This document shows positions 24,727 to 32,000 of a stretch of DNA of 32,000 nucleotides, one piece after another (position 1 is the stretch's first letter; each line of letters begins with the position of its first letter). This DNA is from Dickeya dadantii NCPPB 898 (lineage in GTDB: Bacteria > Pseudomonadota > Gammaproteobacteria > Enterobacterales > Enterobacteriaceae). Location: assembly GCF_000406145.1 (NCBI RefSeq), contig NZ_CM001976.1, positions 2,655,116 through 2,687,115 of the forward strand. Direction: 5' to 3'. The position numbers and the translations under genes are program-made. Under the pieces are notes generated by a model. The model ran no database searches and was not told the origin of the DNA. It was given only the letters and a program-made list of their open reading frames with translations.

Positions 24727-25995
24727 ATGAAAGTCAGAGAACGATATATTGGACTGGAATGGCTCCGGTTTCTGCTTGGATGCTATGTCATGGTCTACCA
24801 CACCGTACATGTCTATCCGCAGCGTGAAAAGATCCTCTTTCTGAACGAACTGACCAGCATGGGATTCTTCGCCACCAGTACTTTTTTTGTGTTATCCGGC
24901 TTTCTGCTGACGCACGTTTATCTGCGTGACGGCCAGTTGCGGGAACCCGCCCGGCACTTTTTAGCCAAGCGGTTGTTTAACCTCTACCCGATTCATATCA
25001 TCGGTCTGGTGTCATCCATCGTCGTGGTCAGCCTGATGCACTGGCTGGCGATTCCGCCGGAAGGTCAGGTCGCCAGCGCCCGCTTCGTGATTTACGACAG
25101 CAACGACCCCAGTGTCGCGCCGGAGACGTTACGCCACTACATGGACAACGCTGAACTGGCTTTTAACGGCTTGTTGCAATTACTGATGTTGCAGGCGTGG
25201 AACCCCTACTTTCTGACCTTCAACGCGCCGTTGTGGTCGGTGTCGACACTGTTCTTCTTCTATTTGCTGTTCCCACTGCTGGCGCCGCGGCTGTTGGGCA
25301 GTCGTCACCCGCGCCTGTGGCTGATGGCGATGTTCGTGCTGTATTTACTGCCGCCGATATGGGTGATCTGGCATCAATTATATGGCGCGCCATACACCGG
25401 CCTGCTACAACGCAACCCCTTGCTGCGCCTGCCGGAATTTCTGGCCGGGGTGCTGGGCTACGCCATTTTCCGTCAATACCGCGACGGCACGCTGCCGGCG
25501 CTGACCCGTATGCAGCGCAAAGCGCTGGGCGCCTTTATCTGCCTGAGTTTTATCATCGCTACCTGGTTGTTTACGCATGGCGAACGCTACTGGTATTTCC
25601 TGCTGCACAACGGTCTGTTGTTGCCGGCACAGGTAGCGCTGGTGTGCCTGTGCGCTCACTTCCGCGAACCGGACAGCGAAACGCTGAAAACCTGGGCAAC
25701 CCGGCTGGGCGCGGCATCGCTGTCGATCTTTGCCCTGCATGTGCCGCTATTTAACCTGTTCCGTACGCTGGAACAGCTGTTGCGCGGCGACCCGCTACAG
25801 TGCTTCAGCGACTGGACGGCCTGTATCGACGCCGCCGGAAGAGTCGATCTGTCCATGACCGGCTATGGCGTGTTCCTGCTGACCACCGTCGCACTGTGCG
25901 TGGTATTGCAGGAACAGGTGGTCATCCGCATGAAACAGGCATTGACCGAACGCTTCCTGGGCCGCCGTTTCCACCCCTCCCGCAGCGCGGCCTGA
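24727..25995 (+). CDS. Acyltransferase-3 family (OafA/OpgC-type) integral membrane acyltransferase
   Basis: 422 aa with about 10 hydrophobic segments. The N-terminal motif GLEWLRFLLGCYVMVYH (Arg ... His) is typical of the family. The RBS GGAGGA is upstream. Confidence 0.8.
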   Translation: MKVRERYIGLEWLRFLLGCYVMVYHTVHVYPQREKILFLNELTSMGFFATSTFFVLSGFLLTHVYLRDGQLREPARHFLAKRLFNLYPIHIIGLVSSIVVVSLMHWLAIPPEGQVASARFVIYDSNDPSVAPETLRHYMDNAELAFNGLLQLLMLQAWNPYFLTFNAPLWSVSTLFFFYLLFPLLAPRLLGSRHPRLWLMAMFVLYLLPPIWVIWHQLYGAPYTGLLQRNPLLRLPEFLAGVLGYAIFRQYRDGTLPALTRMQRKALGAFICLSFIIATWLFTHGERYWYFLLHNGLLLPAQVALVCLCAHFREPDSETLKTWATRLGAASLSIFALHVPLFNLFRTLEQLLRGDPLQCFSDWTACIDAAGRVDLSMTGYGVFLLTTVALCVVLQEQVVIRMKQALTERFLGRRFHPSRSAA

Positions 25996-26000
25996 TGATA

Positions 26001-26043
26001 ACGGCTATCGCGGTGATGTGATCATCGTCACCGTTATAGCCGT
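26001..26043 (+). terminator. Two-tier imperfect hairpin after the acyltransferase gene
   Basis: The outer stem ACGGCTAT (26001-26008) pairs with ATAGCCGT (26036-26043). The inner stem GGTGATG/CGTCACC includes one G-U pair. AAATCATT follows. Confidence 0.35.
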
Positions 26044-26216
26044 AAATCATTAATCACACGGTTTATAACAATTTCCATTCTAATTATGGGACACTTATAC
26101 CTAGAGGCGCAGCGCGATTCCTGTTAATGTTTGCCTCGCCGGAAAAAACCGGTACATCGATGCATCGTCTGAACGGCGTCTTTCACTTTTAGTCACCCAC
26201 TGTTTTATCTGACATC

Positions 26217-27272
26217 ATGACACATTCCAAACACGCACTTTCGTCGCTGAGTCTGTTTATCGCCCTCAGCGCCGCAGGCATTTCCACCAGCCATGCGGAC
26301 ACCGTCTGGTTAACCAACGGTGACAAGATCAGCGGCCAGATTACGCTGCTGGACAGCGGTAAATTGTTTATCAAAACCGACTATGCCGACACCGTGTCGG
26401 TCACCTGGGACAAAGTCAAAACCTTCCAGACCGACCACGGGATGGTGATTCAGGGACAACGCTACGAGAAAGGCGTGCTCTACCCGTCCATCAAGGCCTC
26501 CGATAGTTCACGCGCCATCGTTGCCCAGCCGGCAAGCGTAGATGGCCAGCAGGTCAGCGCCGGTCAGGAAACCCTGCCGCTGTCTGATATCAACTCGATG
26601 GTGGTACCGCGCCGCTGGGTGGAAGATTTCTCCTGGAAAGGCAATGTCGACGTCAGCCTGGCTCACAAGAAAAGCTCCACCGAAACCGACAACCGCGATG
26701 TCACGCTGAGCACCCGCCTGCGTCACGGCACCTGGCGCCACAATCTGGATGCCAGCTACCACATGACCAAAGAAGACAATGTGGAGAGCACCAAAAACGC
26801 CGCCGGCGAATACGCGCTGGATAAATTCATCGACGAGCACTGGTTCTGGCAGGGTCGTTATGAATACAAACGCGACTGGGTGGAAAACATCAAGATCAAC
26901 CGCTCCGTCGGTACCGGTCCGGGCTACCAGTTCTGGGATAACGATCTGGGCTCCTTCTCCGTCACCACGCTGGTGAACTCCCAGACCTTTATTTATCAGA
27001 ACAACAGCGAAGACAATTTCTACTCCGGCGGCCTGAAGTGGAACTACGATCGTTTCCTGTTCAGCAAGCGCACCGAATTGTTCACCGATGGCGAAGTGGG
27101 CCGTTCGTTTGACAGCACCACTCCGCTTTACTTCAAAGCTGGCGCCGGTTTGCGCTTCAAGGTTACCGACTGGTCATCCGTCAGCATGAAGGTGTCCCGC
27201 AACCGCACCGAAAGCGTTCAGGGCAACGTCAACGATACCCTGTACTCGCTGGGTCTGGGCGTCGGCTGGTAA
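26217..27272 (+). CDS. DUF481 (YdiY-like) outer-membrane beta-barrel protein
   Basis: Signal peptide ending SHA/DT. The N-terminal LTNGDKISGQI motif, alternating beta-strand pattern, and C-terminal YSLGLGVGW with a terminal aromatic residue are typical of OMPs. Family assignment is from memory. Confidence 0.7.
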   Translation: MTHSKHALSSLSLFIALSAAGISTSHADTVWLTNGDKISGQITLLDSGKLFIKTDYADTVSVTWDKVKTFQTDHGMVIQGQRYEKGVLYPSIKASDSSRAIVAQPASVDGQQVSAGQETLPLSDINSMVVPRRWVEDFSWKGNVDVSLAHKKSSTETDNRDVTLSTRLRHGTWRHNLDASYHMTKEDNVESTKNAAGEYALDKFIDEHWFWQGRYEYKRDWVENIKINRSVGTGPGYQFWDNDLGSFSVTTLVNSQTFIYQNNSEDNFYSGGLKWNYDRFLFSKRTELFTDGEVGRSFDSTTPLYFKAGAGLRFKVTDWSSVSMKVSRNRTESVQGNVNDTLYSLGLGVGW

Positions 27273-27281
27273 TTCCCGGCC

Positions 27282-27308
27282 CGGTTCCTGCGATTGCCGC
27301 AGGAACCG
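27282..27308 (+). terminator. Hairpin terminator candidate after the DUF481 gene
   Basis: CGGTTCCTGCG (27282-27292) pairs with CGCAGGAACCG (27298-27308), giving an 11-bp stem and a 5-nt loop. TTCCCC follows. Confidence 0.45.
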
Positions 27309-27370
27309 TTCCCCACTATCACCGTACGTTTCATCTATAAAAGCGCTACACATAAAAAGTTCCGCGCATA

Positions 27371-27403
27371 AAAAAGCCCGGTTTTCTCACCGGGCTTTTT
27401 CTT
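27371..27403. terminator. Bidirectional rho-independent terminator (serves prc on the minus strand)
   Basis: AAAAAGCCCGGT-TTTCTC-ACCGGGCTTTTT: an 8-bp stem flanked by an A-run and a T-run, 19 nt beyond the prc stop codon. Confidence 0.8.
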
Positions 27404-27421
27404 TAGTGCTGTTGCTCGCCT

Positions 27422-29443
27422 TTACTGCGGTTTCGGTTCCTGTTTAGACAGGTCTTCCGCAATCTGGACGGTTTCATTCAGGTAAGCGTCCGGATCCTGA
27501 TAATCCTTCGGCAAATCATCCAGCGACTTCAACGGCGGTTTACCCTGACGTTTCAGTCGATCGTTGATGCGCTGCAGGCGCGTAGACTCGTCTTCGTTGT
27601 TTTCTTTCTGGCGCTGGACCAGATTCAGCGATACATGGTTACGCTTATCTTTCAGCTCCTGGTAGCGAGCCACATCCTGCTGGATGTACTGGAACTCCGG
27701 ATCCCTGGCGATACGCGCGTTATGCTGATCGATCAGCCCCGGCAACAGCGGTTTCATGTCGCCCATCACCGTATAACTGGCCGGCTTGATGCTGTCCCAC
27801 GGCAAGGCGTTGTCTTCAAACTTCTCGCCGGTATCGACCATCTCGTTGCCGGTCGGCATCACGATATCAGGTGTGACCCCTTTACGCTGGGTGCTGCCGC
27901 CATTGATACGATAGAACTTCTGGATGGTGTATTGCACCGAACCCAACGCCGGCCATTCCGGGCGCAGCATCTGATCGTAAATGCGGTTGAGAGAACGGTA
28001 CTGTTGCACCGTGCCCTTGCCGAAGGTCGGCTCGCCGACAATCAGCGCACGGCCGTAATCCTGCATCGCCGCGGCGAAAATCTCCGACGCCGAGGCGCTA
28101 AAGCGGTCAACCAGCACCACCAACGGACCTTTGTAATAGATAGTGTCGTCGGTATCGCTGTCTTCGCGCACTTTGCCGTTGTTGTCGCGCACCTGCACTA
28201 CCGGCCCGGTGGGAATGAACAACCCCGACAGGCTGACCGCTTCCGTCAGCGCACCGCCGCCGTTGCCGCGCAGGTCAATGATGATGCTGCTGACATGCTC
28301 TTTCTCCAGCTTCTGCAACTGCACTTTCACATCATCCGTCAGTCCGACGTAGAAACCGGGGATATCCAGCACGCCGACTTTGTCTTTGCCCGCGTCCTTG
28401 ATCGACATTTTCACCGCGCGATCTTCCAGCCGGATACGTTCACGAGTCAGGGTAATGGTTTGCGTTTTGGTGCCCTTGCCTGCCGGCAGCACTTCCAGAC
28501 GCACCTTGCTGCCTTTCGGCCCCTTGATCAACGCGACTACATCGTCCAGACGCCAGCCGATCACATCCACCATCGGCTTGCCGGTCTGACCGACGCCCAC
28601 GATGCGATCGCCAACGCTGATGCGTTTGCTTTTCGCCGCCGGACCGCCCGGCACCATGGAGTTGATCACGGTGTAATCTTCATCCATCTGCAACACGGCG
28701 CCGATGCCTTCCAGCGACAGGCTCATTTCGGTATTGAACTGCTCGGTATTGCGCGGCGACAGATAACTGGTGTGTGGATCGATTTCCCGCGCGAAGGCGT
28801 TCATGATCAACTGAAACACGTCTTCGCTGTTGGTTTGCACCAGACGGCGAATCGCAAACTGATAACGTTTGGTCAGCGTTTCCTTGATTTCCGCATCGGT
28901 CTTGCCGGTCAGTTTCAGGCTCAGCCAGTCATATTTGACTTTGGCATCCCACAATGCATTGAGCTCATCCACGTTTTGCGGCCACGGCGCCTTGGCGCGA
29001 TCGAGATCGATAACATCGTTGCCGTTCAGATTGACCGGTTTTTCCAGCAGCGTCAGCGCGTACTGGTAACGTTCGAAACGGCGTTTCTGGGCCAGATTGT
29101 ACATTGCGTACGGCAGGCTGAGCTTGCCGCTTTTCAGATCGTCGCCCAACTCGCCTTTCTGACCGGAAAACTGCGCCACGTCGGAAGCCAGCAGCACGTT
29201 ATGGCTGTAATCCAGCATGTTGAGGTAACGATCAAAAATCTTGCCGGAAAACTGTGCATCCAGCATGAACTGGCGATAGTGGGAACGCAGAAAACGCGAC
29301 GCGACGCGTTCGCTAACGGTGGAATGCTGCGCTTCCGGCTGCAATTGGGGGATTTGATCCGCGCGGGTGATATTCTCACTGGCAAAACTGCATCCAGACA
29401 GCAAAAGCCAGATTAAAGCCGCTGCTTTGACAAATTTGTTCAT
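27422..29443 (-). CDS. prc: Tail-specific (C-terminal processing) periplasmic protease Prc
   Basis: 673 aa, colinear with E. coli Prc (ITRADQIP...SERV.SRF.RSHYRQF, PDZ region, S41 catalytic region FSASASEIFAAAMQDYGRAL.VGEPTFGKGTVQ). Confidence 0.97.
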   Translation of the reverse strand: MNKFVKAAALIWLLLSGCSFASENITRADQIPQLQPEAQHSTVSERVASRFLRSHYRQFMLDAQFSGKIFDRYLNMLDYSHNVLLASDVAQFSGQKGELGDDLKSGKLSLPYAMYNLAQKRRFERYQYALTLLEKPVNLNGNDVIDLDRAKAPWPQNVDELNALWDAKVKYDWLSLKLTGKTDAEIKETLTKRYQFAIRRLVQTNSEDVFQLIMNAFAREIDPHTSYLSPRNTEQFNTEMSLSLEGIGAVLQMDEDYTVINSMVPGGPAAKSKRISVGDRIVGVGQTGKPMVDVIGWRLDDVVALIKGPKGSKVRLEVLPAGKGTKTQTITLTRERIRLEDRAVKMSIKDAGKDKVGVLDIPGFYVGLTDDVKVQLQKLEKEHVSSIIIDLRGNGGGALTEAVSLSGLFIPTGPVVQVRDNNGKVREDSDTDDTIYYKGPLVVLVDRFSASASEIFAAAMQDYGRALIVGEPTFGKGTVQQYRSLNRIYDQMLRPEWPALGSVQYTIQKFYRINGGSTQRKGVTPDIVMPTGNEMVDTGEKFEDNALPWDSIKPASYTVMGDMKPLLPGLIDQHNARIARDPEFQYIQQDVARYQELKDKRNHVSLNLVQRQKENNEDESTRLQRINDRLKRQGKPPLKSLDDLPKDYQDPDAYLNETVQIAEDLSKQEPKPQ

Positions 29444-29462
29444 GCCCAGGTTGGCCTCCGTA

Positions 29463-30194
29463 TCAGAACTGCAAATGTTCTGCGCGTACGATCATCGCCA
29501 GACCGGAAGCCAGTTGTACCCTGACTCCATCTTTGGCGATCTCAAGCACAGTGGCATCCATGGCGTTTTTGCCAGCCCTGACTTTGATTTCCTGGCCGAT
29601 TTGCAGGCTGGAAATATCCGTCACCGCCTGCCGCTCCGGCTGCGCCGCACGGGCCGCTTTGGGCTGACGGGGTTGGGATTTTTCGGATGACGGAGAAGCG
29701 GTCTGTGCGGAACGGGAAGAAGCAGGACGCGGCTTGCGCGGCGCAGTACCGGCGCCATCACGCTCACGGCGCGGGGCATTTCTGCCGGCAGCCGGACGCG
29801 GACGGGACGGTTCGGCTTCGCCGGCTTCGCGTTTCTTCGCCTGCTGTTCCGCCCGCTGGGCCTGAACGCGGGCTTTGGCTTCTTCCAGCTGCTTACGCGC
29901 ATGTTCTACATGCTGCTGTTCAAGTTCGCCGCACGCATTGCCATCGAGATCGACGCGCTGAGCGCCCACTTTGACGCCATACAGATAGCGCCAGCTTGAC
30001 GTGTACAGACGGAGTGCGGAACGCAACTGCGTCTTGCTGACGTGTTCAGATTCGGACACGCGTTCGACCAGATCCTGAAAAATACCAATCTTTAACGGAC
30101 GCGCTTCGCCTTCAAGGGTGAAACAAAGCGGAAAACGCTCTGCCAGATAGGCGATCACTTCTTTACTACTGTTCAACTTAGGTTGATTTTCCAT
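29463..30194 (-). CDS. proQ: RNA chaperone ProQ
   Basis: 243 aa. The N-terminal FinO domain is almost identical to E. coli ProQ ([38 protein letters not shown]). It has a variable basic linker and a conserved C-terminal Tudor-like domain ([18 protein letters not shown]). It ends 19 nt upstream of prc. Confidence 0.97.
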   Translation of the reverse strand: MENQPKLNSSKEVIAYLAERFPLCFTLEGEARPLKIGIFQDLVERVSESEHVSKTQLRSALRLYTSSWRYLYGVKVGAQRVDLDGNACGELEQQHVEHARKQLEEAKARVQAQRAEQQAKKREAGEAEPSRPRPAAGRNAPRRERDGAGTAPRKPRPASSRSAQTASPSSEKSQPRQPKAARAAQPERQAVTDISSLQIGQEIKVRAGKNAMDATVLEIAKDGVRVQLASGLAMIVRAEHLQF

Positions 30195-30278
30195 GAAATT
30201 TCCTGATTACAACGGGTTTGCCAACCAGCGCAGGCATGAACAGGCGTCATTATAATGACGCCATCGGCAATTGCTACG

Positions 30279-30785
30279 TTATCCTTGTCGCAACGTAAGA
30301 GAATTGATGAAAGCCAACACGTCGCTCTGTGACAACTGGCGGCATAGCGCAGCCGTCACAGCATTCAGCCCGTCTTCGTCCACAGCATCAAAACGGTGAT
30401 GAACGGTGCTGTCGATATCCAGTACGCCAATCAGTTGCCCATCGACCGTCAGCGGTAACACAATCTCGGCATTGCTGGCGGCGTCGCAGGCGATATGACC
30501 GGGAAATTCATGCACATCGCCGACCCGCTGCACGCGGTTTTCCAGAACAGCCCGACCACAGACCCCTTTTCCCGCCGGAATACGCACGCAGGCCGGGCGC
30601 CCCTGAAACGGCCCCAGAAACAACGTATCGCCATCCAGCAGATAAAAGCCGGCCCAATTCACACCATCCAGTCGCTCAAACAGTAACGCGCTACTGTTTG
30701 ATAATATCGTGATGAAGCGATCTTCACCGGCAATAAGCGCGGTCAGATCACGCACCAACTCATCGTAGAATTGTTCTTTTTTCAT
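30279..30785 (-). CDS. msrC: Free methionine-(R)-sulfoxide reductase MsrC (YebR), GAF domain
   Basis: From the ATG at 30785 (MKKEQFY...). It is colinear with E. coli YebR (NWAGFYLL..DTL.LGPFQG..ACVRIP.G.GVCG.AV....QRV.DVH.F.GHIACDAASN.EIVLPL). The TTG at 30794 in the track is rejected. Confidence 0.9.
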   Translation of the reverse strand: MKKEQFYDELVRDLTALIAGEDRFITILSNSSALLFERLDGVNWAGFYLLDGDTLFLGPFQGRPACVRIPAGKGVCGRAVLENRVQRVGDVHEFPGHIACDAASNAEIVLPLTVDGQLIGVLDIDSTVHHRFDAVDEDGLNAVTAALCRQLSQSDVLAFINSLTLRQG

Positions 30786-30979
30786 AGCTTGCAATAGGCA
30801 TAAATTGTCTTTACGGACCGCCTGACGGCTGACGCCCGCAGCACATTAATAAAGTTTCGGATCAGGATGCTACAGGATTTCTCTTGTTAGCCCAACCTTC
30901 ACCGCACGGCACCATCACAGGGGCTTATCGCTTTTCGCCTGGCTCCTGTCGCTGCCGTACGGACTACCGTCTGGTGACG

Positions 30980-31010
30980 CCATCAATGTCGACTGACCAT
31001 CAATGTCAAC
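30980..31010 (+). repeat. Two direct copies of CCATCAATGTC(G/A)AC with 17-bp periodicity upstream of letA
   Basis: 30980-30993 and 30997-31010 are identical at 13 of 14 positions. They end about 85 nt upstream of the letA ATG. Confidence 0.7.
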
Positions 31011-31095
31011 GGACAAGGTTAGCAGTGATTTTGTGTCGTTCATCATTCAGTTACACTATGATAATACCTGTCCTGTTAACCTGCCCGCAGGAAAT

Positions 31096-32000
31096 ATGAA
31101 AATTTATAACGCCGCACCGTCCGCCGGGTCGGCTGACTCGCCGCCCGCCGCGCCGCGGCGTCTTCAACGTTGCCCGCAATGCGACCTGCTGTTCACGCTG
31201 CCCCGGCTCAAACGCCATCAGCACGGCCACTGTCCGCGCTGCGCGGCGCATATCGCCAGCGGCCGCGACTGGCCGATTACCCGGCTGGTGGCGATGGCGC
31301 TCGCCATGCTGGTGCTGATGCCCTTCGCTTATACCGAACCGCTGCTCAATATTCGGCTGCTGGGGGTGTCCATCAACGCCAGCCTGCTGGAAGGCATCTG
31401 GCAAATGACCCGTCAGGGGCACCCGGTCACCGCCAGCATGGTGGCGTTTTGTATCATCGGCGCGCCCGTGACGCTGGTACTCGCCCTGCTATATCTGTTT
31501 TTCGCGCCGCGGGTCGGCATGAACCTGCGCCCGGTACTGTTGCTGTTTGAGCGACTGAAAGAGTGGGTCATGTTGGATGTGTATCTGGTCGGTCTGGCGG
31601 TCGCCTCGATTAAGGTACGCGAGTTTTCCGAGGTACTCCCCGGCAATGGGCTGCTGGCGTTTCTGGCGCTGATGGCGCTCAGTCTGCTGACCCTGATTCA
31701 CCTTAATCCCGAACAGCTGTGGCAACGCTTCTATCCGCAGCGCGCCTGCCCGGCCTCGCCGCAGGCGCTGGTCTGCCTGTCCTGCCGTTTCACCGGCGCG
31801 CCGGACGATCGGGGCCGCTGTCGCCGTTGTCACGTACCGCTGACGCTGCGCCGCCCTTATAGCCTGCAGAAATCCTGTGCCGCGCTGATTGCCGCCGTAA
31901 TCCTGCTGTTTCCCGCCAATTTGCTGCCGATATCGGTAATTTACGTCAATGGCGTTCGCCGGGAAGACACGATTTTTTCAGGCATTATGTCGCTGGCCGC
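31096..32000 (+). CDS. letA: Lipophilic envelope-spanning tunnel / PqiA-family inner-membrane protein LetA (YebS), 5' portion; runs off the window
   Basis: This ORF is open to the window edge and so is absent from the supplied track. My translation from the ATG at 31096 gives MKIYNAAPS...[55 protein letters not shown]...[23 protein letters not shown]...[29 protein letters not shown]. That is colinear with E. coli YebS as I recall it, and the synteny prc-proQ-msrC/yebS matches E. coli. Confidence 0.85.
   Translation, partial: MKIYNAAPSAGSADSPPAAPRRLQRCPQCDLLFTLPRLKRHQHGHCPRCAAHIASGRDWPITRLVAMALAMLVLMPFAYTEPLLNIRLLGVSINASLLEGIWQMTRQGHPVTASMVAFCIIGAPVTLVLALLYLFFAPRVGMNLRPVLLLFERLKEWVMLDVYLVGLAVASIKVREFSEVLPGNGLLAFLALMALSLLTLIHLNPEQLWQRFYPQRACPASPQALVCLSCRFTGAPDDRGRCRRCHVPLTLRRPYSLQKSCAALIAAVILLFPANLLPISVIYVNGVRREDTIFSGIMSLA

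Noticed and set aside
27635-29416. 593-aa plus-strand ORF antisense to prc
   Set aside because: Prc on the minus strand is colinear with E. coli Prc end to end. The antisense ORF has no recognisable domain and shows typical shadow composition.
30884-31099. 71-aa plus-strand ORF in the msrC-letA intergenic region
   Set aside because: It has a TTG start, no RBS and a Cys/Arg/Thr-rich sequence. It overlaps the letA start and the likely promoter region. No support.
31051-31833. Track ORFs 31170-31550 (+), 31051-31422 (-), 31413-31646 (-) and 31489-31833 (-)
   Set aside because: All overlap the open-ended letA frame starting at 31096, whose translation matches YebS/PqiA-family proteins. They are alternative-frame or antisense artefacts.

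Overview
This looks like a chromosomal window from a GC-rich member of the Enterobacterales. Gene content and protein sequences resemble Pectobacteriaceae (Dickeya/Brenneria-like), but I cannot confirm the taxon without a database search.

Backbone genes:
- Left end: an ABC ATPase and the tautomerase pptA.
- Centre: the complete respiratory nitrate reductase locus, with narGHJI (11043-17768, minus), narK (20204-21595, minus) and narXL (22016-24467, plus). FNR, IHF and NarL-type sites are readable in both control regions.
- Right end: the conserved prc-proQ-msrC / letA(yebS) block (27422-32000).

Accessory-looking material between these blocks:
1. An AT-rich islet (about 1970-4250) carrying a DUF1852/MesX plus core-MetE/MesD pair.
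2. A lower-GC stretch (about 5960-8920) with an orphan small ORF, a divergent VOC/TetR pair, and a P1-like phd-doc toxin-antitoxin cassette. The cassette is bracketed by two diverged ~138-bp copies of the 3' end and terminator of the neighbouring Fe-alcohol dehydrogenase gene.
3. A LysR regulator plus a secreted subclass-B3-like metallo-beta-lactamase-fold gene, wedged between narK and narG.
4. An acyltransferase-3 membrane protein and a DUF481 outer-membrane protein between narL and prc.

I see no rRNA, tRNA, CRISPR array, transposase or integrase. I did not find a convincing, entirely novel multi-gene system. The best candidates for follow-up are the mesXD islet, the repeat-bracketed TA cassette, the LysR/MBL insertion in the nar locus, and the orphan ORF at 6217-6483. 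Most long ORFs antisense to narG, narH, prc and others in the supplied track are GC-driven shadow ORFs.
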